IMG/VR virus record: IMGVR_UViG_3300037483_001170
Coordinates: 32,001-96,000 of that record
Length of the DNA stretch: 64,000 nt
Reading direction: 5' to 3' (one strand)
DNA from: a virus
The notes beneath the pieces are model-generated. The model ran no database searches. It was given only the letters and a program-made list of their open reading frames with translations, and was not told the DNA's origin. Position numbers and translations under genes: made by a program. Positions 1-9,894 of the stretch are shown piece after piece. Numbering within the stretch: position 1 is the first letter of the stretch; each line of letters starts with the position of its first letter.

Positions 1-2
1 TT

Positions 3-581
3 CGTCGACGACTTCGGCGAGCACACGCTGGCCCCAGGGGTCTGGGAGAGAGCGGAGACGGCCTCGGCTGCTTTCTGGCCACGCTCTTCCGCGGCGCTGC
101 CGGCCCCACCCCGCAGGAAGCAGCTGCGGCGGCAGTGGCAGCGGCCAGACCCGACCTCGTCCCGTCCAGGCTGATGCCTGGCGCACCAGGGCATCCGCCC
201 GTGCCCCCGCGCACCGCTCCGGTCACCACAGGCAGCCCCGCTGACCTCGGAACCGGCACGGTCACCTGCAACGGTCAGGTCGTCCTCAGCAACGCCGACT
301 ACTCGACCGCCATGGGCATCGCAGCGGTGACGGCACGACGGAACCAGTCCCCGTGCACCGTACGAGTCACCGGCGGCGTCATCGGCTCACGCACGATCAC
401 GGTCGGCCCGAGCGGTCCCGCGGCCGTCTCCGGGCTCAGCGGCTGGGCGGACGGCATTCCGGTCATGGGCGCGCTCGTCGGAGCAGCCATCGGTGCAGGA
501 GTTGCCCATGCGGCGCAGCAGAACCCGGTCGCCGGTGGCGTGATCGGGGCTGTGATCGGTTCGCTCACGCGACAGACGTAA
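3..581 (+). CDS. 5'-truncated putative virion membrane protein (GLG motifs, C-terminal glycine-zipper hydrophobic segments)
   Basis: The frame of ORF 135..581 is open back to base 3: RRRLRRAHAGPRGLGESGDGLGCFL...SGLSGW...GALVGAAIGAGV...GGVIGAVIG. Confidence 0.6.
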   Translation, partial: RRRLRRAHAGPRGLGESGDGLGCFLATLFRGAAGPTPQEAAAAAVAAARPDLVPSRLMPGAPGHPPVPPRTAPVTTGSPADLGTGTVTCNGQVVLSNADYSTAMGIAAVTARRNQSPCTVRVTGGVIGSRTITVGPSGPAAVSGLSGWADGIPVMGALVGAAIGAGVAHAAQQNPVAGGVIGAVIGSLTRQT

Positions 582-584
582 AGC

Positions 585-1397
585 TCATCGCCGTGACCTA
601 TGGTGCCTACCCGAGCCGCCGCGTCCGAATGTCCGTGCCGGCGTCGGCGACGCCGTCAGCCTCGGTACCGCTTCGTCGAGCAGCTTTACGTCATATCCGG
701 CGTCTGACATTTGCTTTCTTACTCGCAAAGCAAGTGCCATGTCCCCCTCTCTAAGCATCCCAATCTTCACGAGAGGCATGCCGCGGCTCAAGAGTCGGTC
801 CGGCGCCCAATATGTCACGTTCAATCCGGCCATATTCAAATCATGAACTGACACGACGCACCCCGCCTTGAACCCAGCCGCACACATATGTGCCGTCAAG
901 CCATGTTCGTAACGCTGGATGATTTGCTGCTTGTCCTGGAGCGGTACCGCGTTTTCCCAAAACTCCGTGAACGCGGAAGAGGCGCAAACGCGCTGCTTGT
1001 AAACAAGGAAATATCCTTGGAGATTCCAGCCCATTTCCGTGCCATCTGTCATACCCCAGAAATCGCACGGATCTTCGCTCATCCGGTTCATCAAAGCACC
1101 AAGATCGCCCACTGGACCCAGGGTGCTGGAGTTCACGATGACTAGCTCATCGTAGTCCGATGCTGGCGTTTCCTTTAGCGTACTACGGTACATCTCCACG
1201 TCGAAACCGTCGTTTGGGATCTGACGCACCTGATCAACGAGAGGCCTCACGCCGTTGACTTGGGCCTCGCCCAGGCCAGCGGTTGAGACGAAAATCAGCC
1301 GTTCAGCAAGCGGACGCAGTGCCTTGAGCATGAACCTGACGTAGCCTTTGACCGTAGGTTCGCGGTCATAGTGCGCGTAGATGATAAGTCGCCTCAC
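585..1397 (-). CDS. Rhamnan synthesis F (RgpF)-like protein
   Basis: RLIIYAHYD, NDGFD, YDELVIVNSSTLGP, CDFWGMT, LQGYFL, IIQRYEHGLT match the RgpF-family pattern. Confidence 0.8.
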   Translation of the reverse strand: MRRLIIYAHYDREPTVKGYVRFMLKALRPLAERLIFVSTAGLGEAQVNGVRPLVDQVRQIPNDGFDVEMYRSTLKETPASDYDELVIVNSSTLGPVGDLGALMNRMSEDPCDFWGMTDGTEMGWNLQGYFLVYKQRVCASSAFTEFWENAVPLQDKQQIIQRYEHGLTAHMCAAGFKAGCVVSVHDLNMAGLNVTYWAPDRLLSRGMPLVKIGMLREGDMALALRVRKQMSDAGYDVKLLDEAVPRLTASPTPARTFGRGGSGRHHRSRR

Positions 1398-1404
1398 GAC
1401 GCTA

Positions 1405-2016
1405 TTACCTCCTGTAGACGACGATCATGCGACGTCGCACTTCGACGCGCAGCGCTGAGTCTGGCGGAAACTCGCCATCACAAAAGAACTCCCCGTCGTC
1501 TGGCCCGATTACTGTTTGCGAGAGCAGGCCACCGATCCTTCCCGGCTCGAACGCGGGGAGATGCCAGTCCTCGACCACATAGATGCCGCCCGCTCGAAGT
1601 AGTGGCCAGCATAGCGCGAAAGCCGCCTCGATCGACTCGTAACCGTGCGCGCCATCGTCAACGATCATGTCGAAGCTGCCAGGCGCAAAGTCGAGCTTCG
1701 TTGGCATTTTGCGATGAATGAACTCGATATCCAGTTCCGCCAATGCGGCCAGCGACCAGGCGCCTGGGGCGACGCAGTCAACGCCGACCACGCGCGCTTT
1801 CGGCCATAGCGAGCGCCACATTAGCAGGCTCCCGCCATCTGCAATGCCGATCTCAAGCACGGACTCTGGCGTTCGGCGGCCGAGCACCTCTTCGTAGGCC
1901 GCCAACGTCTGGCGGTCCTTCTGGTGCACAATGTCTTCGGCACATCGCTCTAGTGACCTAACGTACGACAACGAAGAGCCGCCGACGTTGATTCGCCCAC
2001 GAAATACATCCATCAC
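1405..2016 (-). CDS. Class I SAM-dependent methyltransferase (sugar O-methyltransferase-like)
   Basis: VLEIGIADGGSL motif I, VVGVD, FDMIVDDGAH, LRAGGIYVVED. Confidence 0.85.
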   Translation of the reverse strand: MMDVFRGRINVGGSSLSYVRSLERCAEDIVHQKDRQTLAAYEEVLGRRTPESVLEIGIADGGSLLMWRSLWPKARVVGVDCVAPGAWSLAALAELDIEFIHRKMPTKLDFAPGSFDMIVDDGAHGYESIEAAFALCWPLLRAGGIYVVEDWHLPAFEPGRIGGLLSQTVIGPDDGEFFCDGEFPPDSALRVEVRRRMIVVYRR

Positions 2017-3193
2017 GGCTCGCGCCTCTCGTTCGAAGCTGCCTGGGTTGCCTGCAAGTTGAACGGATGAATCCGCTTGTACGTCACGAGTGCGTCGACA
2101 GGCCAGACAGGCCCGTATCCCGCAGAAATCAACTGCCGATAGAACACGCCATCAGCAGCGTACTCGATTTCTTTCGATGCTATTGGCCATTGCGGCACCT
2201 TCTCGAAGACGACGCGCCGGTGCGCCACCTGCGACTGATCGAGCTTGCCGTACACGTCTGTCACCGGGCCGCCCGGAAACAGCCCGCGTTCTGCGTCTTC
2301 GTCTTCGAGCATGTACCGGAGCCGCCCGTACCCCATCACCTTGTCTGGGTCCGCAAAGATCGTGTCGAAGTGTCGAAAGCGCTCGGAGGCAAAAAAGTCG
2401 TCATCCGGGATGTAGTGAATCACGTCTCCCTTCACGAAGGTCAACGCATCATTGATGCGCTGCACTCGCGCGCACCCGGCGGGGGCCTGTCGGCCGCGAT
2501 CAGCAGACGGAACCGCGGATCGACATCTGTGAACGAACGAATGACGGACAACGTCTCCTCGTTCGACGCGTCGTCGCTCACGACGCACTCCCAGTTCGGC
2601 CGTGACTGCGTAACGATCGCTCGCAGCGTCTGCGCCACGTACTTCGGCCGGTTGTAGCTACCGACAACCACTGAATGCGTGATGGCACCTGGCGCCGCGG
2701 AGGCCATGTGCACGACGTCGGACCCTGGCAGCACACCCAGCGTCTGAAAACCGCTCCGCTCATAGAGCCGACGGGCCCGCTCGTTTGTGCCCTTCACGTC
2801 CAGCGTGACGCGCTCGAAGCCCATGGCGAACGCCTGGTCGACCACGGCCCGTAGCGCTCTGCGACCGTAGCCGCGGCCCGTCAGATCCGCGCGGCCTACA
2901 TAGAACCGGCCGAACGTGACGGTTCCTGTGTCGCGGTCCGCCCCGTACAGCGACACGTGTCCGATGACGCCGCAGGCTTCATCTCCGAACACCCAGACCA
3001 CCTGCCCGTCCACGTCCGGCTCGTACTTGGTCTCGTACCACGACATGTGCTCGTCGTACGACAGTTCCCTGTCGGTATGAAACTGCTGCCGGATTCGCGG
3101 ATCGGCGCGCCATGCCCTCGTCAGATTCAGCCACTGTGGCCCGAGAAGATCGAACCAAAGCCCCTCAGCCGCGAACCGCTTACGCAGCGTCAT
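2013..3193 (-). pseudogene. GNAT acetyltransferase - GT2 glycosyltransferase fusion, frameshifted near 2460-2480
   Basis: ORF from 3193 has GNAT (GRGYGRRAL, NERARRLYERSGF) then the GT2 N-terminus (SYNRP, VSDDAS). The GT2 C-terminus (INDAL, YIPDDD, LDQSQ, ADGVF) lies in another frame, collinear with paralog 5024..5695. Confidence 0.75.
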
Positions 3194-4356
3194 ACGGCTC
3201 TCGCGTAGAACTCGCCCACCGCGCCCATCACACGCACGACATCTGCACGCGTCACAGCAAGCGACATGGGCAGCGACACCGCACCCCTGCTCTTCTCCCA
3301 GGCTACCGGACAACGCTCCGCCTCGCCAGGCGCGTACATGGCGTATGCGCGGTTGTCCTTGTAGTGAACACCCGGATAGATGTCGTTTGCGTTCATGAAC
3401 ACCATCAACGCGTCGCGATCGTGCGCGACGATCTGATACAAGTGCCGCGACGAGCCGACCGAATGAGGCACCGCCTCAACGGCGCGCGTCCCATCTGGAA
3501 GCAGCGCGCGCCACGGCAGCAAATCGTCGTACCACTCCGCCAGCTGTCGCCGGTACGCATTGTCGTGGTCCAGGTACTTCAGCGACACGAGGCCGATGGC
3601 AGCCATAATGCTGTTGCCGTTGTACTTGTGTCCGACGTGCTCGACGTCGTAGTCCCACCTGTAACTGCCCTGCTGCCCAGTGCGCTGAAAGGTGTTCTTG
3701 TTGATGCCGAGCCACGACCACTTGCGTGCCCAGGTGTCCAGCGCGGCGTCCGCAAAGCACACCATGCCGCTGTCGGCCGTGGGCAGGTTCTTCACGGCCT
3801 GAAAACTGAAACAGGTCGCGTCCGCTTCATGTCCAACATGACGGCCCTGTACTCGCGTGCCGGCCATGTGTGCCGCATCGAGGATCAGGCGTAGCCCGCG
3901 CTCACGACAGAAGCTGCTCACTTCGCGAAGGTGAGCAGGGTTCCCGCCCATTCCGACAAACATCACGGCGCGCGTACGCTCCGACAGCACGGCCTCGATG
4001 CTGGCTACCGTGATGTTCAGCGTCTCGTCGACATCCGCGAACACGGGCTTCATGCCGGCATACAAGATCGCGTGATTGGTCGACACGAAGGTCAGCGGCG
4101 TCGTGATGATCTCATCGCCTTCCTTCCAGTCGCCGGCCATCTTCAAGCCTTCAACTGCCATGTGCAACGCGGCCGTCGCAGAGTTCACGAAGTGCGCGTA
4201 CGGCAACTCCGTGTACTCGCGCCAGGCCGCCTCGAACGCATCGGTCTTGAATCCGAGGCCCGTCCAGCCGACCTCCAGGCACTCCCTGACCGCCGCCAAT
4301 GTCTCCTCAATCCGATAACTTGGCGTGAAGAGCGCAATCCTTTTACCCGCCATCAC
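3190..4356 (-). CDS. DegT/DnrJ/EryC1/StrS PLP-dependent sugar aminotransferase
   Basis: NSATAALH, DEIITTPLTFVST, ILDAAH, FSFQAVKNL (PLP lysine), GVHY, VSLPM. Confidence 0.95.
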   Translation of the reverse strand: MMAGKRIALFTPSYRIEETLAAVRECLEVGWTGLGFKTDAFEAAWREYTELPYAHFVNSATAALHMAVEGLKMAGDWKEGDEIITTPLTFVSTNHAILYAGMKPVFADVDETLNITVASIEAVLSERTRAVMFVGMGGNPAHLREVSSFCRERGLRLILDAAHMAGTRVQGRHVGHEADATCFSFQAVKNLPTADSGMVCFADAALDTWARKWSWLGINKNTFQRTGQQGSYRWDYDVEHVGHKYNGNSIMAAIGLVSLKYLDHDNAYRRQLAEWYDDLLPWRALLPDGTRAVEAVPHSVGSSRHLYQIVAHDRDALMVFMNANDIYPGVHYKDNRAYAMYAPGEAERCPVAWEKSRGAVSLPMSLAVTRADVVRVMGAVGEFYARAV

Positions 4357-5027
4357 TCACTCCCGATTCCGTTGTATGGCACGATGAACGTTTCGCAATG
4401 CGGTAGGCCGCCCCACTTCGCGACATACCGGTCGCGGTTCGAATCGAATCGTCTATGGTGCTCCATCCTCTCGTCACGAGAGAAAGAGGCCACCGTCTGG
4501 CTACCGTTGTTCACGTGAACATACCGGCCAGGCGCCCGCGCCTCCGACGTGATGCCCGACAGGGTCATCCGACGGTGGAAATCGTTGTCCTCGTAGTATG
4601 CCGGCCAGAACTGCTCGTCGAACCAGCCGACCTTCTCGAAGAGACGCTTGCGCACGAGAAAGCACGAAAAGCCTCCGGGCTCTGGCGTGACGAAGTCGAA
4701 GTCGCCGTCTTCCATCACGCGCAGCGCGCTCCCGATCGTGTCCGGCTCGAACAGCACGTCGTCGGCAGCGATGAGCAGCGCGTCATCGTCGGTGAGCAGT
4801 ACATGTCGAGCCATCAGATTCCAAGATCTGGCACAGCCCAGATTCTCTCCGGGTACGTGAATGTCCAGCGCGAGACAGCGTAGGGCTTCGCCCGGCGCCA
4901 GCGAACCGCCGTTATCGACGACCATGAAGCGCTCCGGCGCGCGCGTACCTGTCTGCGCCGAGATGATCATCTTCTCCAGCAGGTCATAGCGACGCAGCGT
5001 CGGGCATCCGAGGGTCAGTCGCATCAT
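4353..5027 (-). CDS. Glycosyltransferase family 2
   Basis: VVDNGG, NLGCARSWN, ADDVLF, VGWFDEQFWPAYYEDND; start refined to ATG 5027 overlapping the upstream stop. Confidence 0.85.
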   Translation of the reverse strand: MMRLTLGCPTLRRYDLLEKMIISAQTGTRAPERFMVVDNGGSLAPGEALRCLALDIHVPGENLGCARSWNLMARHVLLTDDDALLIAADDVLFEPDTIGSALRVMEDGDFDFVTPEPGGFSCFLVRKRLFEKVGWFDEQFWPAYYEDNDFHRRMTLSGITSEARAPGRYVHVNNGSQTVASFSRDERMEHHRRFDSNRDRYVAKWGGLPHCETFIVPYNGIGSE

Positions 5028-5695
5028 TCGCGCTCGTCGATGCTGGAAGTGCCAGTGTTCTGAAGATTCTTCTCGTGACGGCGTTTGTAGCTCACGAGCG
5101 TGTCGATCGGATAGAACGAGTACCCGGCCGCAATCAGCTTCCGAAAGTACGCCGCGTCGAACGCGTAATCGCCTGCGGTCGCCGGCCACTCGGGGGCCTG
5201 CTGAAAGCACGAGAAGCGATGGCAGAACTGTCCGTGGTCCACGCGACAGACCGGATCTGTCAGCACGCGCCCGTGGTACAGCTCGCCGGCTGGCTCGTCG
5301 TTCTCGATGTACTTCAGGCGTCCATAGGCCACATCGCACAGGGGGTTGGCTTCAAAGAAGCGCTCGAACGCCGGGAAACGACCGGGCGCATACCAGTCGT
5401 CGTCCGGCAGATAGTGCACAAGATCGGCATCGATCAGTCGAATCGCGTCGTTGATGCACATCACGGCGCGGACGGCCGGGTCGGCAAGCTCACCCTCGCG
5501 CGGCCGATCCGAGTAGATGACACGGCAACGCGGATCTCCCGCAAACGCGAGGCTGATCGCCTGGCGCGTCTCCTCGTTCGAACCGTCGTCAGCGACGATT
5601 AGCTGGAACGAGCTGGCCTGCGTTCGCACCGACCGGATGGCCTTCGTGACCATGGTCGGACGGTTGTAGCTTGACAGTACGACCGCGTGACGCAC
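5024..5695 (-). CDS. Glycosyltransferase family 2
   Basis: SYNRP, LIVADDGS, INDAI, YLPDDD. Confidence 0.85.
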   Translation of the reverse strand: MRHAVVLSSYNRPTMVTKAIRSVRTQASSFQLIVADDGSNEETRQAISLAFAGDPRCRVIYSDRPREGELADPAVRAVMCINDAIRLIDADLVHYLPDDDWYAPGRFPAFERFFEANPLCDVAYGRLKYIENDEPAGELYHGRVLTDPVCRVDHGQFCHRFSCFQQAPEWPATAGDYAFDAAYFRKLIAAGYSFYPIDTLVSYKRRHEKNLQNTGTSSIDERE

Positions 5696-5698
5696 GGA

Positions 5699-6280
5699 TC
5701 ACTCCGACTTCGACGGCTCGACCTCGACCGGCGTCGAAGCCGCTGGCGGCGTCATGACGCTGGCGGCGGCCTGCACGGCCTTCTCGATGAACACGTCCGC
5801 GTTGACTTCGGCCTGCTCACGCAGCTCGCGCATCTTGGCGCGCTTGGCGACCTGCTCGCCCGGGGTGAACTCGCCCGCGCCCATGTTGCGCTTCGGCAAC
5901 AGCGTCAGCTGACCACAGGGTACGGGAATCCTGTTCCCCTGCGCATCGAGCACGAACTCACCCGTCTCGTCCTTCTCGTGCACGACCTGGCCCTTGTCGT
6001 CCTTCGCGACTCCGGAGCATGGGCCGGCGTAGTTCTCGACCTCGTCGCCCATCGCGGCAAGCTCTTCGGCATCGAAGCGGATCGTGCCCTCCCAGCCGCA
6101 CATGATGCAGCAGAACAAGCACTCGTTCGGGACCTGATCGCCACGCAGGCGCACGAGCGCCGAGCGCGCCTCTTCCTTGCCGCGAACAACCATCGCGGTA
6201 CGCGGCACATCGTCGTAGATCTTGACGGTCTGCGCCGAGTTGTCGACAGCCGGCTCCGGCTTGTTCTCTGTGTCGCTCAT
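5699..6280 (-). CDS. Hypothetical protein (Cys cluster)
   Basis: Operon-consistent ORF with high GC3; CLFCCIMCGW. Confidence 0.6.
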   Translation of the reverse strand: MSDTENKPEPAVDNSAQTVKIYDDVPRTAMVVRGKEEARSALVRLRGDQVPNECLFCCIMCGWEGTIRFDAEELAAMGDEVENYAGPCSGVAKDDKGQVVHEKDETGEFVLDAQGNRIPVPCGQLTLLPKRNMGAGEFTPGEQVAKRAKMRELREQAEVNADVFIEKAVQAAASVMTPPAASTPVEVEPSKSE

Positions 6281-6486
6281 GACTTTTTCCTCTTCACGGC
6301 CTTCTTCTTCTTCTTCGGCCGCTCATCACGGTAGTGATCGACGACGTGATTGATCGCGGCGCCAACGCTGTAACGTGCGCCGACCTTCAGTTCGTGGACC
6401 TCGGCCACCCGCTTCAGCTTTTCGACGCGAGACTTGTGCGTTCTGAACGTGATACGCACGTCCGTCGCCTTGTCATCTTCGATCAC
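6277..6486 (-). CDS. Small basic protein, possible ribbon-helix-helix DNA binder
   Basis: VRITFR strand followed by two helices and a Lys-rich tail; 4-bp overlaps on both sides. Confidence 0.5.
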   Translation of the reverse strand: MIEDDKATDVRITFRTHKSRVEKLKRVAEVHELKVGARYSVGAAINHVVDHYRDERPKKKKKAVKRKKS

Positions 6487-6788
6487 GGCTTCACCGCCCG
6501 TTCAGTGCGCACCATTGCGATGTCAGAGCCCAGTAGCGCAAACCGAAGGCTGCGCATCCGAGACTTCCCCTTCTCGGTTACCTGTTCGTTCACGTCGAAC
6601 TCCCAGATGTCGTCACCGTTGCCGACCTCGCGGAAGTCGACTGCGGCGAACGCAATCAGGTCCTGACCTGTCGCGATGCCCGCTCCGGCATCCGTGGTCA
6701 CGAGCCGGTGCCCTGGCTCTGTCTGTCTCATCAAGATCTCGACCGGACCGCTGCCGATCTGTCGAAGATAGGGTCCCATGCTACTCAT
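6483..6788 (-). CDS. Hypothetical protein
   Basis: ATG 6788 overlaps the GT4 stop (ATGA coupling). Confidence 0.55.
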   Translation of the reverse strand: MSSMGPYLRQIGSGPVEILMRQTEPGHRLVTTDAGAGIATGQDLIAFAAVDFREVGNGDDIWEFDVNEQVTEKGKSRMRSLRFALLGSDIAMVRTERAVKP

Positions 6789-7876
6789 GTTGTCGTTCTC
6801 CGCCATCGTTCCAGGCCATCGAGCCAGTCGCCCATCGCGAACTCCCAGCACCACGTGGCCGCTACCTCTTGATTGCGCTCGGCCTTCTCGCGCATATAGT
6901 CGAGTACCGGTGAACACGCCGAAGCCAATAGCACCGGCGCCAACACGTCTGCCTCGACTACCGGAGAGCTTCCCTCTTCGCCAAGAAGCGGCCCAAGGCG
7001 GTCGCTGGTGGCGACCCCAAGCCAGCCGCCCATCTCCGACAGAAAGTCCGTCTGTCCAGTTGAGTACGTCGTGATGAGCGGCGTTTGCGACACGCACGCG
7101 GCTAGCATCATCATCCCAAAACCTTCACACCGTGACGGCTGCACGACCACGTCAGCCGCCTCGTAGAGCACCGCCAGATCGTCCTCGGTACTTCCGCGGT
7201 CCTCGCCGATCACGATGTCGACGTCACGGAGGTTCAGGTCAGCGACTGTGTAGTGCACGTTCTCGTAGACATCCATCGGCACGTGCACGAGAAGCTCCGC
7301 GCGGCCGGCAAGGGCATCCTGCACATGGCTCCAGGCCAGAAGCAGCTGTTCGGTCCCCTTCCGGCCAGGCCAGCAGAAGTCAGTCGCGAGATGCAGGAAA
7401 CGCACGCGCTCGGACTTGCGGCGATTCTGCGGGACCGTCATGAATCGCGGCGAGACACCAAGCGGGACACGGCAGATCCAGGTTGGTTCGGCGCTCGCAT
7501 ACGACGCGACAGACCGACGTACCGTCTGCTCGCACCACGTCGATGGCACAAGCACGAGCCCCGCGCGGGCTGCGACGGCCGAACGCTCCCTGTCGAGCCG
7601 ATCGGTGTTCGGCGAGGAGAAGATCGCGATGCACTTCGGATCGTACTGAGACGCGTAGGCGCTGAAGAGCCAGTCCTGCGCATCTGCAATCATCACGACG
7701 TGCTGACCGCGAGCCCGCGGACCCGTGGGCCTGAAGTCGGCGTAGTCGTCGAGCCAGCGCTCCTCGATGTTCGTCACCGAGCCGAGGCGGCCTGCTCGGG
7801 CAAGCGCTCGGCAAAGCTGCGCGCCGATGGTCGCGTAGCTGAGCCTGGACCCGAAATGCCCGACGACGTCGATCAT
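6785..7876 (-). CDS. Glycosyltransferase family 4 (GT-B)
   Basis: VPSTW, VPLGV, RKG, ADVVVQPSRCEGFGM. Confidence 0.85.
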   Translation of the reverse strand: MIDVVGHFGSRLSYATIGAQLCRALARAGRLGSVTNIEERWLDDYADFRPTGPRARGQHVVMIADAQDWLFSAYASQYDPKCIAIFSSPNTDRLDRERSAVAARAGLVLVPSTWCEQTVRRSVASYASAEPTWICRVPLGVSPRFMTVPQNRRKSERVRFLHLATDFCWPGRKGTEQLLLAWSHVQDALAGRAELLVHVPMDVYENVHYTVADLNLRDVDIVIGEDRGSTEDDLAVLYEAADVVVQPSRCEGFGMMMLAACVSQTPLITTYSTGQTDFLSEMGGWLGVATSDRLGPLLGEEGSSPVVEADVLAPVLLASACSPVLDYMREKAERNQEVAATWCWEFAMGDWLDGLERWRRTTT

Positions 7877-9276
7877 GTGCCGCTCCAGCTGCGCAGCGTC
7901 TCCTCGTCAACGAACTCTCGAAGCGCTGCGACAAGCGTCGCGCGCGTCGCGTCGAACGAGAAGCGGCGCGTGACGTCCTGCGCCGTCTCGACGCTGCGGA
8001 CGCGGCCGGCGTCGTATGCTGCCCGCATCTGCGCCGCGAGCGCGTCGACCTCGTAATCGCCCCAGCACGACTTCGTGCTGAGAAGCGTGCTGTGCTTCAA
8101 CATGGCACGCGGCACAGGCGTCAGCTTGCTGGGGAACACGCGGAAGGCTGAAGAAGCGTCGGGCATCGAGCTGACCTCGCGCGCCAGATCGCCCACCGCG
8201 CCGAAGTCGCTTGTGACGACCGGCACACCCTGCGCCGCCGCCCAGATGAGCGGAATCCCGAGGCCCTCTCCGAAGCTCGGGTTCACGTAGCAGTCGAGAC
8301 CGCCGAGCCACTCGATCAGCTCCGCGTCAGTCACGCCGGTGCCGCCGAGCAGCTTGAACCGTGGCGATTCCCAGCCCGGCTTCTGGTAGTCGAGCTTGAT
8401 GGTGCCGATCTCGCCGAGCACCTGCCGCTCGAAGTCCATGAGCAAGGGCTGGTCACGTCCGCTGCCGAAGTAGCTCGTGCGGAGCGCCAAGATCACGTTG
8501 TCGCTTCGGCTGAACGCGGAGAGGTATGCACGCACGAGCTTGTGAAAGCCCTTGCGCTCATGCCAGCTGCCGTTCACGCCGAAGACGAAGGGCCCATCCG
8601 TGCGCGCTGGCCTCTGGTGCAGCATCGGGGTCCAGGGACCATCGCAGAGCGCAGGGCGGACGACGCAGATCTTGTTTGGATCGATACCAGACTCGATGTA
8701 GCAGCGGCGGGTGAACTCGCTGACGCACCAGATCCATGTCAGCTCCGGCGCTGCGCAGAGGCGTCGCGCGTACTCGCTCATCGGAGACGCCTCGAAAGCG
8801 ACGTACGAGACGAACGCGGGTGCACCGCGGTCAAGTCCGCGCAAGTCTGGCGGAAAGCTCGCGATGAATGCCTTCGGAATTCCGACTGACGTCTTAAGCC
8901 ATCTCATCAACATCGGCTCCCGATCTTCCGGGAATTTGCTGATGTCGATGTCCATCCCAGGGAACGGCGCGAGCATCGTCGGAGCGCCCAGGCGTTCCAG
9001 CATCGAGTGCAGCGCGACCGCGTGCGCGGCGTACCCAGAGCGCGTTCCGCATGGGAACGTGTGCCAGAGGCCGACGACGTCGTGACCCTCCGCTGGCTCC
9101 GCAACGTAGTGGTAGCCGAGGCGATCGCGGACGTCGCCCTCCATCTGCCTGTTGATCTGTTCGTGCTTCGACTTGAACTCCGCCGACGCGGGCGCGTAGC
9201 GGTTCTTTGCCTCAGCGATCTCTGCGGACGCTTCGTCCTCAGAGATCGGGAGCGATACAGGGGTAGTGTCAGACAT
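7873..9276 (-). CDS. Glycosyltransferase family 4 (GT-B)
   Basis: SGYA, VSEF, ERKG, DCYVNPSFGEGLGIP, GVPVVTSDFG. Confidence 0.88.
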   Translation of the reverse strand: MSDTTPVSLPISEDEASAEIAEAKNRYAPASAEFKSKHEQINRQMEGDVRDRLGYHYVAEPAEGHDVVGLWHTFPCGTRSGYAAHAVALHSMLERLGAPTMLAPFPGMDIDISKFPEDREPMLMRWLKTSVGIPKAFIASFPPDLRGLDRGAPAFVSYVAFEASPMSEYARRLCAAPELTWIWCVSEFTRRCYIESGIDPNKICVVRPALCDGPWTPMLHQRPARTDGPFVFGVNGSWHERKGFHKLVRAYLSAFSRSDNVILALRTSYFGSGRDQPLLMDFERQVLGEIGTIKLDYQKPGWESPRFKLLGGTGVTDAELIEWLGGLDCYVNPSFGEGLGIPLIWAAAQGVPVVTSDFGAVGDLAREVSSMPDASSAFRVFPSKLTPVPRAMLKHSTLLSTKSCWGDYEVDALAAQMRAAYDAGRVRSVETAQDVTRRFSFDATRATLVAALREFVDEETLRSWSGT

Positions 9277-9314
9277 TGGAGTGGGACCCTACAGCAGTTG
9301 TCAGACATGCACAA
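9267..9314 (-). promoter_or_regulatory. Promoter of the glycosylation operon with two TGTCTGACA palindromes
   Basis: Minus strand TTGTGC-17-TAGGGT-9-ATG; palindromes at 9267-9275 and 9299-9307. Confidence 0.55.
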
Positions 9315-9894
9315 GAGGCTCGTGCGCCTGAGTGGGCCACAGCCGGCTGGAAGCCAGCGCGTGGCCCACTTCGCCACTCTGGCCTCCCCAGAGCACGATG
9401 CAGCCGGCGTCGTACGCGTCTGGCGCGAGGCCGTCCGGAAGCCCAGGGAAGCGAGACCGTGTGACGAGCTTTGCAGCTGCTTTCAGCTCGGCTGACGTCC
9501 GCGCTCCCAGCCCCTTCAACATCGCGCCCTGCCACGTCTTCACGTTCACGCGCAGCAGTCGCTTCCTCGGGACTCGGTAGTGCCGAAGCACGCGCTCCCA
9601 GTCCCGCCAGGCGGCCCCCAGGCCGAGCAATGTCGACGCGTGCATCTTGCCGTCGCGCACGGCGCCGCCCGCCGTCCACTTCTCGCCCAGTACGATCAGA
9701 CCCAGGCCATGGGCGCGCGCTTCGGCAATCGCGGCCTCCACGACCTGGCACCGCTCGGCTTCGGCGCCGACGCGATCCCGAATCACGCCGACGCGCAACG
9801 AACCCGGTCGCCAGATGCCCCAGCCGCTTTGTGCGGCCGAGTCGATGCCGAGGATGACGACCTGGTGCGGCCTCCAGACGGGAGGAAGTGCCAC
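9301..9894 (-). CDS. RuvC-like Holliday junction resolvase
   Basis: ILGIDSAAQSGWGI, VLGEK, VKTWQ, DAYDAGCI: the RNase H-fold acidic residues. Confidence 0.7.
   Translation of the reverse strand: MALPPVWRPHQVVILGIDSAAQSGWGIWRPGSLRVGVIRDRVGAEAERCQVVEAAIAEARAHGLGLIVLGEKWTAGGAVRDGKMHASTLLGLGAAWRDWERVLRHYRVPRKRLLRVNVKTWQGAMLKGLGARTSAELKAAAKLVTRSRFPGLPDGLAPDAYDAGCIVLWGGQSGEVGHALASSRLWPTQAHEPLVHV

Noticed and set aside
2441-2500. Programmed ribosomal frameshift in GNAT-GT2
   Set aside because: No X-XXY-YYZ slippery heptamer is present, and residues seem missing relative to the paralog, so a deletion fits better.
585-9276. Ordinary chromosomal LPS/O-antigen locus
   Set aside because: No flippase, polymerase, ABC transporter or nucleotide-sugar dehydratase, and it is interleaved with virus-like ORFs.
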